A DNA stretch of 64,000 bases from Plasmodiophora brassicae. Its lineage: Eukaryota. Positions 14,201 through 26,365 of the stretch are shown here, piece by piece; position 1 is the first letter of the stretch; each line of letters starts with the position of its first letter. A program made the translations under genes and the position numbers. Under the pieces are notes generated by a model that searched no databases, had not been told where the DNA came from, and saw only the letters and a list, made by a program, of their open reading frames with translations. The DNA lies in assembly GCA_036867785.1 (NCBI GenBank), contig CP145420.1, forward strand, positions 496,001 through 560,000. Reading direction: 5' to 3'.

Positions 14201-15372
14201 TAACGATACTGAGGTTCATGGGGCGGAGCCTGCGAAACAGTCATTCGTGACGGCATTGACCGGTTGGAGAATAGGTATAGACCTCATCTTCCTCAAGGTC
14301 GACTTTGAGCATAGTAGATCCGACGTTATCACCAGTGTTCAGGTATACGAACAGTCGATCCAATGACAAACACTGACACAGCGTCAGTCGCCACGTAGTA
14401 TTGCTTGTGTAGAAATATACCTTAAAGAGCGCATCTTCAATGCCATTGACGACTGAAGGCTTGAAGTTCTCGTCGGTAGTACAAAGATACAGCTCACGCA
14501 GCCGCAAGCCACATGCAAGACCATCCATTTCAAGGCGTACGTGCACATGACGAACACGAACTTTCAGGTTTGCCACAATTTTTGAGACAATCTGCACCAG
14601 GTTAAGGAGACGTGGTCGGTTCTAAAAGATTTTGCACCAACCCTTTCCACTGTCGACAGATTCTTGCTCGACGAGTCCAACGTAAAGTCGGCATTATCAG
14701 CGGGGTCCTCACCTCGTTCCAGGGATGCGCGCTTGCGTTGTGCTCGGACAATGGCTTTACCGTGTCGTCCAACGAAACCCACATCTGGATCAAAGGTGCG
14801 GTTCTCCCAGGACTAGTAGACACAAGTCAAATGTCTCGTTCAAGTACTCTACTATGTAACGAACCTGAAGGCGCGCCTGCTTCGAGGCTCGGCGGGAAGA
14901 GATCACCGTCTCTCGAAGCTGATCACGGTTGATGTCTGCGAAATTTTTTCTCGGTGTAGCTGACATGTACACGTGTGAAATGTCAACCTCAACCGGCTTG
15001 CTGAAACCTCCGCGCCAATCGCATACAAGCCTGCACAGTTCATGTTAGCGCTCCACCAAGCGGGGACATTCAGCACCGAACTCTATGCGATCGATCACGC
15101 AGGCATTGACATGCAGTGCGATGCCAGTCTCGTTAACTGCTTGTTCCCGCAACATGATGTGCCGAAGCACCGCCCTAACAAGTTCGTGTCAAAGTGCGAC
15201 GAACGTCGTCTCGTAACCTAAATACCTTCCAGTCCACAAGTCCACATCGATATCGCCTGCACGGTATGTAATCAACAGGATGACCCCACATTGCGCTACG
15301 AGGCGGTCTACCCTGGAAATCAAAGTACGGGCCGAGGACCCGATTCAGGATGGTTCGCACGATCGCCTGCAT
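2243..15372 (-). CDS. VPS13: VPS13-family bridge-like lipid transfer protein, multi-exon
   Basis: Chorein-N start MQAIVRTILNRVLGPY and KIVANLKVRVRHVHVRLE. VAB-like segments such as LLLYVPYWIYDMTSLP and ITVINRT...PYAWDD. C2-like segment near 6000-6400. ATG2_C-like VLGSLSVLGDPVGLVSNIGTGVK and GFLKGIAQGSAGLIAKPVVG. Terminal PH at about 2560-2930. Spliced to TAA at 2243. Internal exon borders not all resolved. Confidence 0.93.
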
Positions 15373-17231
15373 CGTGCAGGCTCTGAAACGTTACCGGCTG
15401 CCTGGTCCAGGCAGCCACCCGCTTCCGATAATGCCGGGCGCACTGCTTACCGACCCGACGTCCGTTTGAAGTTCTCGAAACGCGCACGCTATTTTGATGA
15501 AAGCACCCGGCTGCGTCGGGAATGCCGGATGCCTCCGAGAGGGCGAGGAACATTCTCAAACTGCGCCGCGCTGCCCATCTCGGAACACCAGCAGAGCTCT
15601 GCTACAGAGAAGAGACGGATGGCGTGATAGATGACTCGGGATGGCGTCTATCATCGGACAGTGGACAGCGAAAACGAGCATGACCAGCCTGAATATGATC
15701 ATACGCTTGCACAAAACAATGATTACACAAAGGCAATTTACAGCTGCGAACGAATCTGGGAAGCCAAGCGGACGGCATTCATTGCGTCTCCAGGTCCTCG
15801 CCGGAGATGTGAACCAAACGCCAGAAAATGGGGTTTCGTATAGCTACCACTCAACAGCACGACGTCGTCTGGCCCCGGAATGAAGACAGCAAACAACTGA
15901 CAGTCTGGACCCTTGTTTCCCAAGCATGCTTGATGTTTGGGCGTTGGTCAGTCCTCAGCTCGGCCCCGTAACAATACGGCCAGTAGATATCCTGACGCCA
16001 TCACGTTGCACCTGAACATCGATCTTGTAACCGAGCGGCCAATTCAAATAATCAAATACAAAGCCTCCGGCGTCTCCTTGAGCATCAAATGCAACGCCTC
16101 CGACGTGCCCCTGAACACAATTGTTATGAGTACTGTTTCCTTGAAGGCCTCTCCTGAGCGATCTCCTCGGATATCTGGCAATCGGCGCAGTCTTGGTCAT
16201 CGTCTTCGTTCTGTTCAACGTCGTTGTCGTCGTCGACATCGTTTCCCTTTGCGTGATGAGCGGCAACGTGAAAGCGACCGAGGGCTTGCTTGAATGGAGT
16301 TTACTACGTCTACAGACCATCTCCTTCGCCCATCTGTGCAGCTGGGGCTAGTTTGATATCGAAACGACATGACAGGCGCACCCTTTTTCGGGGCCTTGCG
16401 CTCGTTAGTGGGCACGGGCAGCGAGAGGTTCGCCGTCTCTCGTTTCCGTACGTTCAGGTTGCTGGTTGATCGGCCGCTTGTAGTGAGGACCCAGGAACCT
16501 GGGTACTACGTGCGGCCGTTGATCAGACAATGCAAAGGGTTTAACTCATGATACATTGCCCCAGTACCCGTGGTGGCAGCGATTCGAAGCTGCCCTTGAT
16601 ACCCTGACGGGGATCACTGATGATACGCGCATCACGTTTCAGAAACCGGTTATGACTCCATGGCATTAATACTCCATAAGACAAATTCCATGCTCTCAAC
16701 TTCGATGTGGTAGTGTCTCTCAAGTGGCTTGGCATGATTGAAAGTGCTAAAGTAAGACCATTCGACACGGTTGCCTTCAGGATGTGCAAACTCGTTAGGC
16801 CACCAGTCGCGGGCGCCGTAAGCACCATGAACACTCCTGAGCATGACTCACTAACACGGCGTTATGCAGGATGGACGTCCGCTTGCGACGCTAGCTCAGC
16901 GCGTCCCGGTTCTCACGTACGCATCGTCGAGACGGCGTCGCGGGCAGGCGGCCATTGAGCGATGCTGCACCATTCAAAGTGGAGCCTGGCGGGGATCATA
17001 GCTCCCGATTGTACGGCCTATAGGTACCGGAGGCATTGGCTTCCCAGGATCGTCTAGGTAGTATGCGAGTGGGGTCGCGTCACAAGGCCCTGCTCGAGTG
17101 CGCCTGCGCGTGCACACCATTACGAAAAGTTGCGTCCGGCACACTCTGATCTGGTTGGGCGCATCCATCACCACATCATCATCACAATCATCACAGGTCA
17201 CCCAGCCAACGACGACAACAACCGCTCGCCC

Positions 17232-18191
17232 ATGTCGACAGCCGTCCTGCCACCGCCCGACATCGTCCTGAACGGCGCCGACGCCGGCCAGCCGTCTGAG
17301 GCGCTGGCGCCGCCCGTCACCCACGACAACGGCACCGCCAATAACGGTGCGCTGCGACGATCGTCGCGCCAGCCCAAGCCGGTCGCGTCGTCGGCCATGC
17401 AGGTGGACAGCGACTTCGTCGCCAGTGCTGTGGCGGCAGGCAGTGGCGACGGACAGGCGACACCAGCGTCATCGCCGGTGCCGTCGCAGGCGCGTCCCGA
17501 CGTCGTCGTTCGTGATGACGGCGCCGGCGGTATGGTCGTCGTCGTTCGCCAATGGAAATCGTCGGACGCGCGTCGTCCTCGACCGCCTCCAGCACGATCC
17601 ACCGTGCCACGTCGGCGAGCGCCGGCGACCCAGCCGCGCCGGTTGTCGTTGCCGGCGCCGGCCAGGACGACGACGCATCTCGAAGACCCAGTAGAGGCGG
17701 CGCTGCCGTTGTTGGCGTTGATGGAGAGCTGTGGAGGGGCGAACGGAGTGCCGACAACGAACATGTCGGACGACGACGATGAGGATTGCTATGATGGCGA
17801 CCCGTTCAACAGCAATGTCGACAACTGCTCCGATTACGTGTGCATCATGGTCGGCGGGCCGAACTGGTCGCGGCGAGGATGCGGTGGCGACCTGATCGGC
17901 GATTTGGTCGACGATATGGACGAGGACGATGCGGACGAGAAGGTCAACATGGAATTCTGGGTGGCGCCCAGGCAGAGCCTGTTGCAAAAGGACCTGAATC
18001 AGCTGGAGGACATCAACAACTACGAACTGGAGAGGAGCGCAGGCGGGTCGCTTCACGACCGTATGAGGTATATCAAGCAATTGTTCAAGCAGCATAGCTT
18101 CCGTCGAGTTCGCGACCTGTACAAGGCTCGACGCAAAGGACATCTCACGATCGCACGCTACATCTCCTTGCTCTATTTCGTCCGTCTATGA
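17232..18191 (+). CDS. Hypothetical intronless protein: disordered N-terminus, acidic linker, ordered basic C-terminus
   Basis: Long ORF (first ATG 17232) with strong GC3 bias. No family recognised. Confidence 0.65.
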   Translation: MSTAVLPPPDIVLNGADAGQPSEALAPPVTHDNGTANNGALRRSSRQPKPVASSAMQVDSDFVASAVAAGSGDGQATPASSPVPSQARPDVVVRDDGAGGMVVVVRQWKSSDARRPRPPPARSTVPRRRAPATQPRRLSLPAPARTTTHLEDPVEAALPLLALMESCGGANGVPTTNMSDDDDEDCYDGDPFNSNVDNCSDYVCIMVGGPNWSRRGCGGDLIGDLVDDMDEDDADEKVNMEFWVAPRQSLLQKDLNQLEDINNYELERSAGGSLHDRMRYIKQLFKQHSFRRVRDLYKARRKGHLTIARYISLLYFVRL

Positions 18192-18345
18192 TATCCCAGC
18201 CGTTGCCGGTTTCTCGTCGCCGCGTACTATCTTTTATTGGAAGCGGAATACAGGTCCGACTTCGCCCCGTTTACACTTTGGTTTTCTCCTTTCTGTACAA
18301 TGCTACCATCAATATATACATCTGTGAAATGCGCCCATAGCGCCA

Positions 18346-18706
18346 TTACCCTTCATCTGTCCACAAGCAGTTCCAGAACGCTCGCCATGGCTGACCCATC
18401 TCAGTTGGGCTGTTCACCAGCGCCTTGATAACTGTGGTGCAAATCGATTGAGGCAGGCAGGTAGGTGTGTGCTCGATACCGCACACGTACAGTCTTCCAA
18501 CCGATCGTTACATCGGTGCGGGCGCTCTTCACGATAGGGCAGCTCGCCGTTCTTCATCTTCTCTCGCTGGGGCCAACCGCGGCCGTCAGTCATCCCATGG
18601 AGCAGCGAAGACACATGCAGCAAACCGCAATGCGAGCGAACTCGGCACGGTACGCGGCGCCGATCTCCGCGTCCCTGGCGCGGTCGCCAGTGCCTCCTGG
18701 GTCCAT
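18346..18706 (-). CDS. 80-aa three-exon microprotein with a CHCH/CX9C-like pattern
   Basis: Exons 18706-18626, 18566-18491 and 18431-18346, separated by two 59-nt GT-AG introns, splice in frame to MDPGGTGDRARDAEIGAAYRAEFARIAREKMKNGELPYREERPHRCNDRLEDFIKALVNSPTEMGQPWRAFWNCLWTDEG*. Confidence 0.65.
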
Positions 18707-20016
18707 GCCGATGGCGGACAAGGCGCTATGGTCCACCGAGGCAACGTCTCCCAGCCGTTATGCTTTTTTGCGATTCGGCTGGCCCTCAGCGCTCACGAGC
18801 CACGACTCACGACCGATTTCGACAGGCGCCGAATTTGAGCACACAGAAATAAGGAATGAAAAACGATGCGAACTTGATGGTATGCAGGGTGTGGCAGCCT
18901 CGTGGAATGTCACGTTCGGCGATTTGCAGTGTATGCCGTCCTGTCGGGTGTCCTGGGCACGCCTCGATCGCTCGATCCCAGTGGCATGGGCTCCGGTGAG
19001 ATGTGTTTTGTAGACCCGGGTGCTGACTGTGTAAGTCTGGCAGGAAGGGGCGAGCAAGTTCATATTTTATGTGCGGATGTGTGTGACCGCGGAGCCGACT
19101 GCGCTCTGGTCCTTCCAGCCACATCCTAGAGGGCACGAACTGAAGTGGCGCCCATGTCAATAATGAAGTACTTGATGCGTCACCATGCGAGGAGAAACAG
19201 GACGCTATCCAGCGGTTGGCCGTCTTCGCAATGACTGTCTCACGGCAGGTAACGCAGGCCGATTGCTCTGGACCAGTTCGATTACGTCACGGCGCGCGTG
19301 ACGTCTGGGCCTGTGCTCCAGGCGCGCAGGTTAGTTGTGGCTTTGGAGTCGAGAACATCCTAGAAACGTCACAGGCCCACTGACTGCATCCTTGCCGCAT
19401 CAGTCGGCATCACGTCGCTGTTAGCACCAGTCCACATAGCGCAGTCGTCACATTGAGATGATGAAGGAGCATGAGACGAATTTCCCGCCAGGCACGCGCA
19501 TTCAACGGGGTAGCGCTGAGAAGATCGCCAAGATACTGGGCCTAGACCTGGACGTGATCCGCGAGCATTCCCGAAACGGGACCGCCCTCGGCGTGAACCT
19601 CGACATTGTCGGGCCCCGAATCCACCCGCAGCGAGACCCCGACCAGATGCTGGACCTCCGTGACCAACCAGACTGGCAGCCTGATCCCATTGTTCCCGAC
19701 GGGACCAAGCACACCCGAGTTACGGACCCGGCCGCCTGATAAACAGCACGCCTGCCGCAGACTTCCTGATCGTTGGTCGGGAACGAAAACGACACGTCTC
19801 CCGCGAATCAAAACCCGAATAGGCGTTTGTCGTCGACGAAGTCGGGAAGTGCCAACGGCCTGGGACACTGTCAAAATGGGAGCCGGAAGCCGAGAACCCA
19901 CGAACGCAGTCCGTATGGCGTAACGTTGCGTAGGCGATTCGGGGACACTGACGAAGCAGAGGCCGCTGCCAAGTCCTTGATGGGCTTGTGGTCAGCCTGC
20001 CTGCAGCAACTGTGTC

Positions 20017-21866
20017 ATGGCTCCGCGCCGAGAATGTCTGCGCGTGTTCATGGAGGACGGGTCCTGGACGACGCTTGACGCCACGGATACCAGTACTGTC
20101 CAGGTGCTTTCGCCGACAGGCGCCGATCCGCATCCTCCTGCGTGATAACTATCGTTGTGTAGCACCTTTCCAATGTCCTACAGCGCAAGCGTAGACTTGA
20201 CCAAATGCGGGTGCCGGTGTTCACTCTATCCTACAAATATGACGGAAGTCGGTATAATGGGGCTGTTCAGGTTCCACAGAGTCTGACCATGTCCTGGGTA
20301 GATCAATTCGAACGGACGCTTACACGGCATGAATGCCCTATTGTGATTATGGATGCGTTGGAAAAACACGGAAGTAGGAAGGAACCCACCGGAACAATGA
20401 GCATCTATCTGACTTCCTTATAGGGCTTGGGTCACCAGTCATTCGTGTCCGTCAGGTTGACGGCGATGAACGGGATGCCTATGAGCGCGAGCTTCAACCC
20501 AACAGGTCTCCAGCGCAAATCATTGGTAACAGTAGACGTTTGCCTTTGCAAACAGCGCATCGTCTAAGGTCAGTTGTAGACGTGCGTGATGAGTGCCATG
20601 GATATCTCGATATGCTAACGGGAGGGCATGAGCTGTTTACCCGATATTGGGTTGTGCTAAGTGAGGGCAAATTGTTCTGGTTTAAATCCCGTCACGATAG
20701 AAAGGTATGCGTTTAATTTATGCTCGCGGTAGACTTGTGTCTTACGGTGGCGATTGACAGGTGAGAGGTCACATCGACTTAGACGATGTGATCGTGAGAT
20801 CGGATAAAGTTAACCTGGTGGGACTATTCGGGCGTGTCTATCCTGGCGTTGGTCCCAGCGCATACGTGCTGCGCATCATGAAGCCAGACAAGCTTGTCCA
20901 GTTCCGCATGGACTCCATCGAGCAACTTCGCACCTGGTCGTCAAGCCTTCGGCTGCATTGCGAAGCTGATTCCGTACAAGAGTCTCCTGATCAGCGATGC
21001 TCCGTCGCCTGACTCTGTTGTACAGGACCCCAATGGCTTGCTTGATAATGCGTGCCTCCAGATCGATACGGAAGAGCATGACTTCTGGACGGCACACGAG
21101 GACATCGTCCGAAGCATTTCGAGCATGCAAAACCTTGTGGGCAATCCGTTCGCATTCCAAGCCTTCCTATCGTTTCTCGAGGAAACGCATTCGCAAGATG
21201 GTATGCAGGGAGTGTGTACTAACATGCTTTATCGTGAACCGTGCTGTGGTGTAGGACTGTTATTCTGGTTTGCTGTTAATCAGTTTGTTACGACATCATT
21301 GCACGAAGACCAAGCCATGAACGTCGCCGAAGCGATTTTCGAAAAGTTCTTGGCTACTGGTATGCTGAGCTGCTGCCACAACGATAAGTCGCCGCCGTTC
21401 ATTGTTTCTGGCAGGGGCTCCCCGCGAGATCGGCATTTCTCCTTCAGAGCAATCGGATATTCAGGCGTTGCTGCGTAGGAGACCTCTTGACCGGGCACTA
21501 TTTGATCAGCTCTCACGACGGATTATGTCGGAGTTGGAGCAGGAAAAGTACCCTGAATTTAAGCGGAGCGCATGCTATCGTCGGATACTGTTGAACACAA
21601 GACATGTGCCTGACTGCGCACCCTTACTCGGCAACGCGTCGAGACTTTCCACATCCTCGACATCGTCACTCTCTAACTACTCCGGCCGTAATTCCTTAAG
21701 CGCAGGATCTTATCGAACACCTCCATTTCCACTCTCAAACTACCGTCTTTCCCGCGAAATACCATATTCAAGTGGAACTCCAACAGGTGACGGCACCGTT
21801 GCCTCCAGTCGAGGCCGCATACGAAGCGGCTACTGTACATTATCGCCCATCGTCAAAAGCACTTAA
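20017..21866 (+). CDS. RA(ubiquitin-like)-PH-RGS domain protein; 5' end may extend to about 19458
   Basis: Spliced reading gives LRVFMEDGSWTTL...FERTLTRHECPIVI (RA-like), GYLDML..FTRYWVVLSEGKLFWFKS..VRGHIDL..EQLRTWSSSL (PH), and AFQAFLSFLEETHSQDGLLFWFAV..IFEKFL..GAPREIGI..LFD..YPEFKRS (RGS). Confidence 0.8.
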
Positions 21867-22084
21867 CATCTGTGTTCAATATAAGTCAGTTATTTTATTT
21901 CGCTCTCCCTGTGTCGCCCCTGTGTTCATGCCGAGAGACACGAGTTTTGCAATCGTACTGGACTGGTTGACTGTCCCGGTCCCGCCCGAAGTGACGACTC
22001 ACTCAGTGAGGCCCCGATGGGCGACGATGATCCAAAATTTCCGCCCCGTGATTTTTTGGTCGTCAGATCGAGTTCGACTTGACG

Positions 22085-22818
22085 ATGGCGTTCGGGTATG
22101 AAGGCGCGATGATGGGCGTGGAGCCGCCTACGACCGGCGAGCACATGCTGGGGACGACTATCATGGCCGTGGCGTTTGATGGGGGCGTGGTGGTCGGTGC
22201 CGATTCGCGGACGTCGACGGGGGCGTACGTCGCGAACCGCGTGTCGGACAAGCTGACGAAACTTCATGACCGAATCTACTGTTGCCGGTCTGGGTCAGCC
22301 GCCGACACCCAGGCCATTGCTGATATTGTCAAGTACTATCTCGATGTGCATAGGTTGGCAGGATTCATGTGTCCCAAGGGTCACCGATTGAGTTTACCTT
22401 GAATTGTAGCATCGAGATTGGCGATCTTCCCGAGGTCTCAGTTGCCGCTCATCTTGCACGACGTTTGTGCTATGATTACAAGGACTCGCTGCTCGCCGGT
22501 CTCATCATTGGCGGATGGGACAAGAGGAACGGCGGGTCGGTGTACACGGTCACGCTTGGCGGATCAGTCGTGAAGCAGGACTATTCGATCGGCGGTTCTG
22601 GATCGTCGTACATCTACGGCTACTGCGATGCCCATTTCCGTAAGGGCATGACAAAGGAGGAGTGCCAGAAGTTCGTTCGTCACGCAATCTCACATGCCAT
22701 TGCGCGGGATGGATCATCTGGAGGCGTCATCCGTCTTGCTACTATCGATGCAAACGGCGCTGAGCGGGTGATGGTGCCTGGCGACCAGCTGCCATACCTG
22801 GCAGAAAAGAACTACTAG
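22085..22818 (+). CDS. PSMB6: 20S proteasome subunit beta type-1 (beta1/PRE3), one intron
   Basis: Propeptide ending [55 protein letters not shown]. Confidence 0.96.
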
Positions 22819-22922
22819 ACGCTCTCCCGAGAACACCTCCTGTCGAATACATTTCGAGCAAATTGTCTCTGGACAGTCTTGGTTCGCCGACACAAATCAG
22901 ACGATGGTGTATTCCATATCTT

Positions 22923-23975
22923 TCAGTACCAATCGTGCACCTTGCCTTCGTACCAGAACTTTCCAGATGGCGAACCCTCGGGGAGCTGAGCGAGCTTCAA
23001 TGGGGTTTGGATACCCTCTTCGACAGACAGATGGGCGTGAGGGCCCGTCATGTCCGTCCGAACATACCCTGTGCGTACACGAGTTAACTGATGGTACCCA
23101 AGGAAACGGGCGTTGCTAGAAGCACCAGGGCAGCAACAGTTGATTAGAATGCCGGCGTTCTTGTATGAGTTGTCGCGGGCCATAATGCGGGTCAACATCG
23201 ATACGCCAACCTTGCTGATGCCATACGCTGACTTGGGCCAACCCTTACTTTCCCAGACACCATCGCGAACATCGGAGATGAATTCCTCCATCAAATCATT
23301 GAGCCTAGTGGCAAGCGCATCAATGGAGGACTAAAACGAATCAGAATCTCCCGAGACCCATCAATCGTCAGGTTGTCGGCGAGGAAGCGGCCACGCAGAG
23401 ACTCACTGCAACTGCCCAGTGCCTTGCAGGACACCGTGCTGGAGATGCTAACGACGCGTGCATTGCGACGCATCAGCGGTAGAAACTCGTTCATGCAGAA
23501 CAGCACTCCGTAGTAGTTCGTACGAATAGTGCCGCGCGCGACCCTGCCACGTTCATTACATGTCAGGGATACGAACGTCGATGTGCCACACCGCTGAAAT
23601 GGTTACTTTTCATCGAACGCGTCGCCTTTCCAAGCCATGCCGGCGTTATTGATAAGGATATCCAGGCCTGCAGCAATCTCGCGGTAAGATCAGATAGAAG
23701 ACACGTAGGTACGACGTCGACAGCAGATTGTCACCTCCATAATCCGCTTTGATTGTCATTGCGGCTTTCCCGATTGAAGCTACGTCGTCGACATCAACCA
23801 CAAGGAGGCGGACGTTGTCGCGGCCAATCTTCTTGACCGCTTCCTCTCCACGTGCGGCGGAACGGGACCCTAGCAGAACGGTGATGTTTGGGGCGCCCGA
23901 ACTGGCCAGGGCCTGCACCAGCCCGAACCCAATGCCCTTGTTCGCCCCCGTCACGAGCGCTACGCGGCTGCTCAT
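22923..23975 (-). CDS. Carbonyl reductase (CBR1-like short-chain dehydrogenase/reductase), multi-exon
   Basis: VALVTGANKGIG NAD(P)-binding motif, YGISK catalytic YxxxK, INCCCPG.VRTDM, and a terminal PSGKFW. Confidence 0.92.
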
Positions 23976-25553
23976 TTCGTTCCAGAAATTTGTCCGCCGG
24001 CCAGCTTCACTGATTCGAAATGACAGGTCCTTGCACGTCGTACTCGAAGCGGGATAGCCTTCTATGGCCCCAGCTTCAGTCATTACCTAATTCTTCGAAA
24101 TTCATACCCTTCAGGTTTGATGGCTATCCCACATTTAATGGCAGCTCCCTTGTCCACATTGGCTGTCCGGGCTCTATTCTCGCTGAAGAAGCATACACCA
24201 CTGCAGCCATCACACGCAATGCCTGACACACAGCAATGACGTTCGTAGCGATGCTGCTGCGGTTCAGCGACAGCTTGCATCAAATGAGAGACTGCCTGGC
24301 ATGAGACTATAGGTAGATATATATGCACACGGTTGTATTACTACGTTGATTGAGAGATAACTGTGCGACATCGACAACACGTGCATGGTCCCTACGGCAA
24401 AGTAATCTCTCATAAGAGCACGTTCGACAAACGTAGATAGCAGTAAGGGCGATCATGCGAAACGTAAACATGTCAGAAACAGCCATAAAGTGTCTTCGAC
24501 AACTTATGATGCAGTATAAACCAGAACTGCATCGTTCGGACTGGTGCCAGATGGTCATCACTCATGGAACAACAGAGAACAGAAACCGGGAAAAACGTTG
24601 TTACCTAAGGGCACATGTTAGATACAGTACATGATTGACAGGCAATAAAACACATCGTGCATCAGACTTTCGAAAACGAAACATCATCCCCACGAGAAAG
24701 AATCGGAAGAGGGAGCTAAGTTCTGTCATCATTTGGAAATAGGAAACCGACCCAACAAGATACCACAATCCAATGACAACACCATACGCAGGTGCCTACC
24801 TGTGATGTTGAGAACCGTCAGCCTCAAGGCGAAATGCCCGTGCGGTGTTGTTGGACAGCGAGATCGCCTGCAAGACCTACAGATGCCGCCACGGAGTCCG
24901 TGAACTAGGTACCGTATATGGGCTGCTGCCCTAAGATAACTCGCGAGTCTCGCGACGCGGGGACTTGATACGAAAGCCCCTGGAGCTCCCAATTCCCATC
25001 CCATTCCCGGCCTCTGACGTGTGGACAGATCCCTGACAGTCTCCGGCCCTGAAGAGCAGATCTATAATGATGTCATCGAGCGAAATGCTGCAACGGGCCG
25101 GGAAGATTGACAACGTGCTAACTGCTAAGGCGACGCAGAAGCGGCTGAGCAGGTGGACGCCGGCTTCAGGAATTCGGTTTACGGCCAATGGGTGACTCCT
25201 GGTCGTCTAGAGAATGCCGTCGCCACAGCTCTGTTCGGCGACCTTCACGCAGAGTCGATGACGGTCTGCTCCCGCAAACCCCGTCGGCGCGTCCATTGCC
25301 GTCTGTTATGGTGAAACACAGCCATACTTCATCCACCGAGACGTGCCCGTCAGACATCGGCGTCATTACCTCGCGAAATGCTCCGATTTGAAAACGCAGG
25401 AACGACTATAATGCAGCATCCAGACTGTGAGCACGGTGCAAATGAGGACGCCAATACGTATGAGCAGAGCAGCGGCACGGTATGGGACAGAGGAAACCTG
25501 GTGAACAGGTTGCGGCAACTCCTTAGGCACAAGGCCGATATTAATCCCCGCGT

Positions 25554-26249
25554 TTATGACGACGAGTTGGCTCGCGACAGTTGACTCTGCTGGTCGTGAG
25601 CAACTGGACCCCGTGCAGTGACCTGGCATTGCACCGTTCATCAACACAAACCGCTCGAAGATCGAGGTCGTCGGAAGATAGCGAACCTTAAAGTCGCAGC
25701 CTCCACCAACGACAAAGGTGTTGCGAGGCGTCAGCAACAGGTGACCCATTCGAACTGGCACATCTTGGCAGATGATCTTGACCCCGTGCGTGCCAGACAG
25801 AGCATCCGACATCGGTTTCCGTTCGACCGCAAACGCATATCGAGCGCCATCCGTCAAACACAGTTTCAATGTCCGTTTGCCCTACGACACCGATATGCGT
25901 AAGGGCGCCGTCCAGCGCCTCTCCTGCTGGTCCCTACTGGCGGTCTGTCCTGCTCATCATGCTTTCGACCAATATCTGCCCCATCCACAACTTGTAGAAG
26001 CCGTCGCCCTGCATACAGGTTCATCAGAAGAGATGCGATCCAGCAGGGCAGCAATTGATTCGGACCAGGGAGACAGTCGACAGACAGCATGTTCTCGGGA
26101 ATGCATGGTACGCAGCACTCATGCGCATGCGCCAACGCCAGCTGCTCCATGACGCACCGAGAGTCACCCTGGCAGTGGGCCAGCGTCTCTCGTAGCCAGT
26201 CTGCTGCGACGGCACCCTCCAGCGCACTCGGCAACGACACCGGCGCCAT
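25554..26249 (-). CDS. RMI1-like N-terminal OB-fold protein (RMI1/TDRD3 type), short form
   Basis: LLQVVDGADIG, RTLKLCLTDG..AFAVE, GVKI..DVPVRMGHLLLTPRNTFVVGG. Three GT-AG introns; stop inferred at 25554. Confidence 0.75.
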
Positions 26250-26365
26250 AAATTGGGTGTTTTAGGTACCAACCGGTCACTGCGTTGAGGATCCCAATTC
26301 CCAGGGCACCATGAGCAGATATTCCTCTGGCATGATCGAATCCAGCTGTACGACAACTGTATGCG

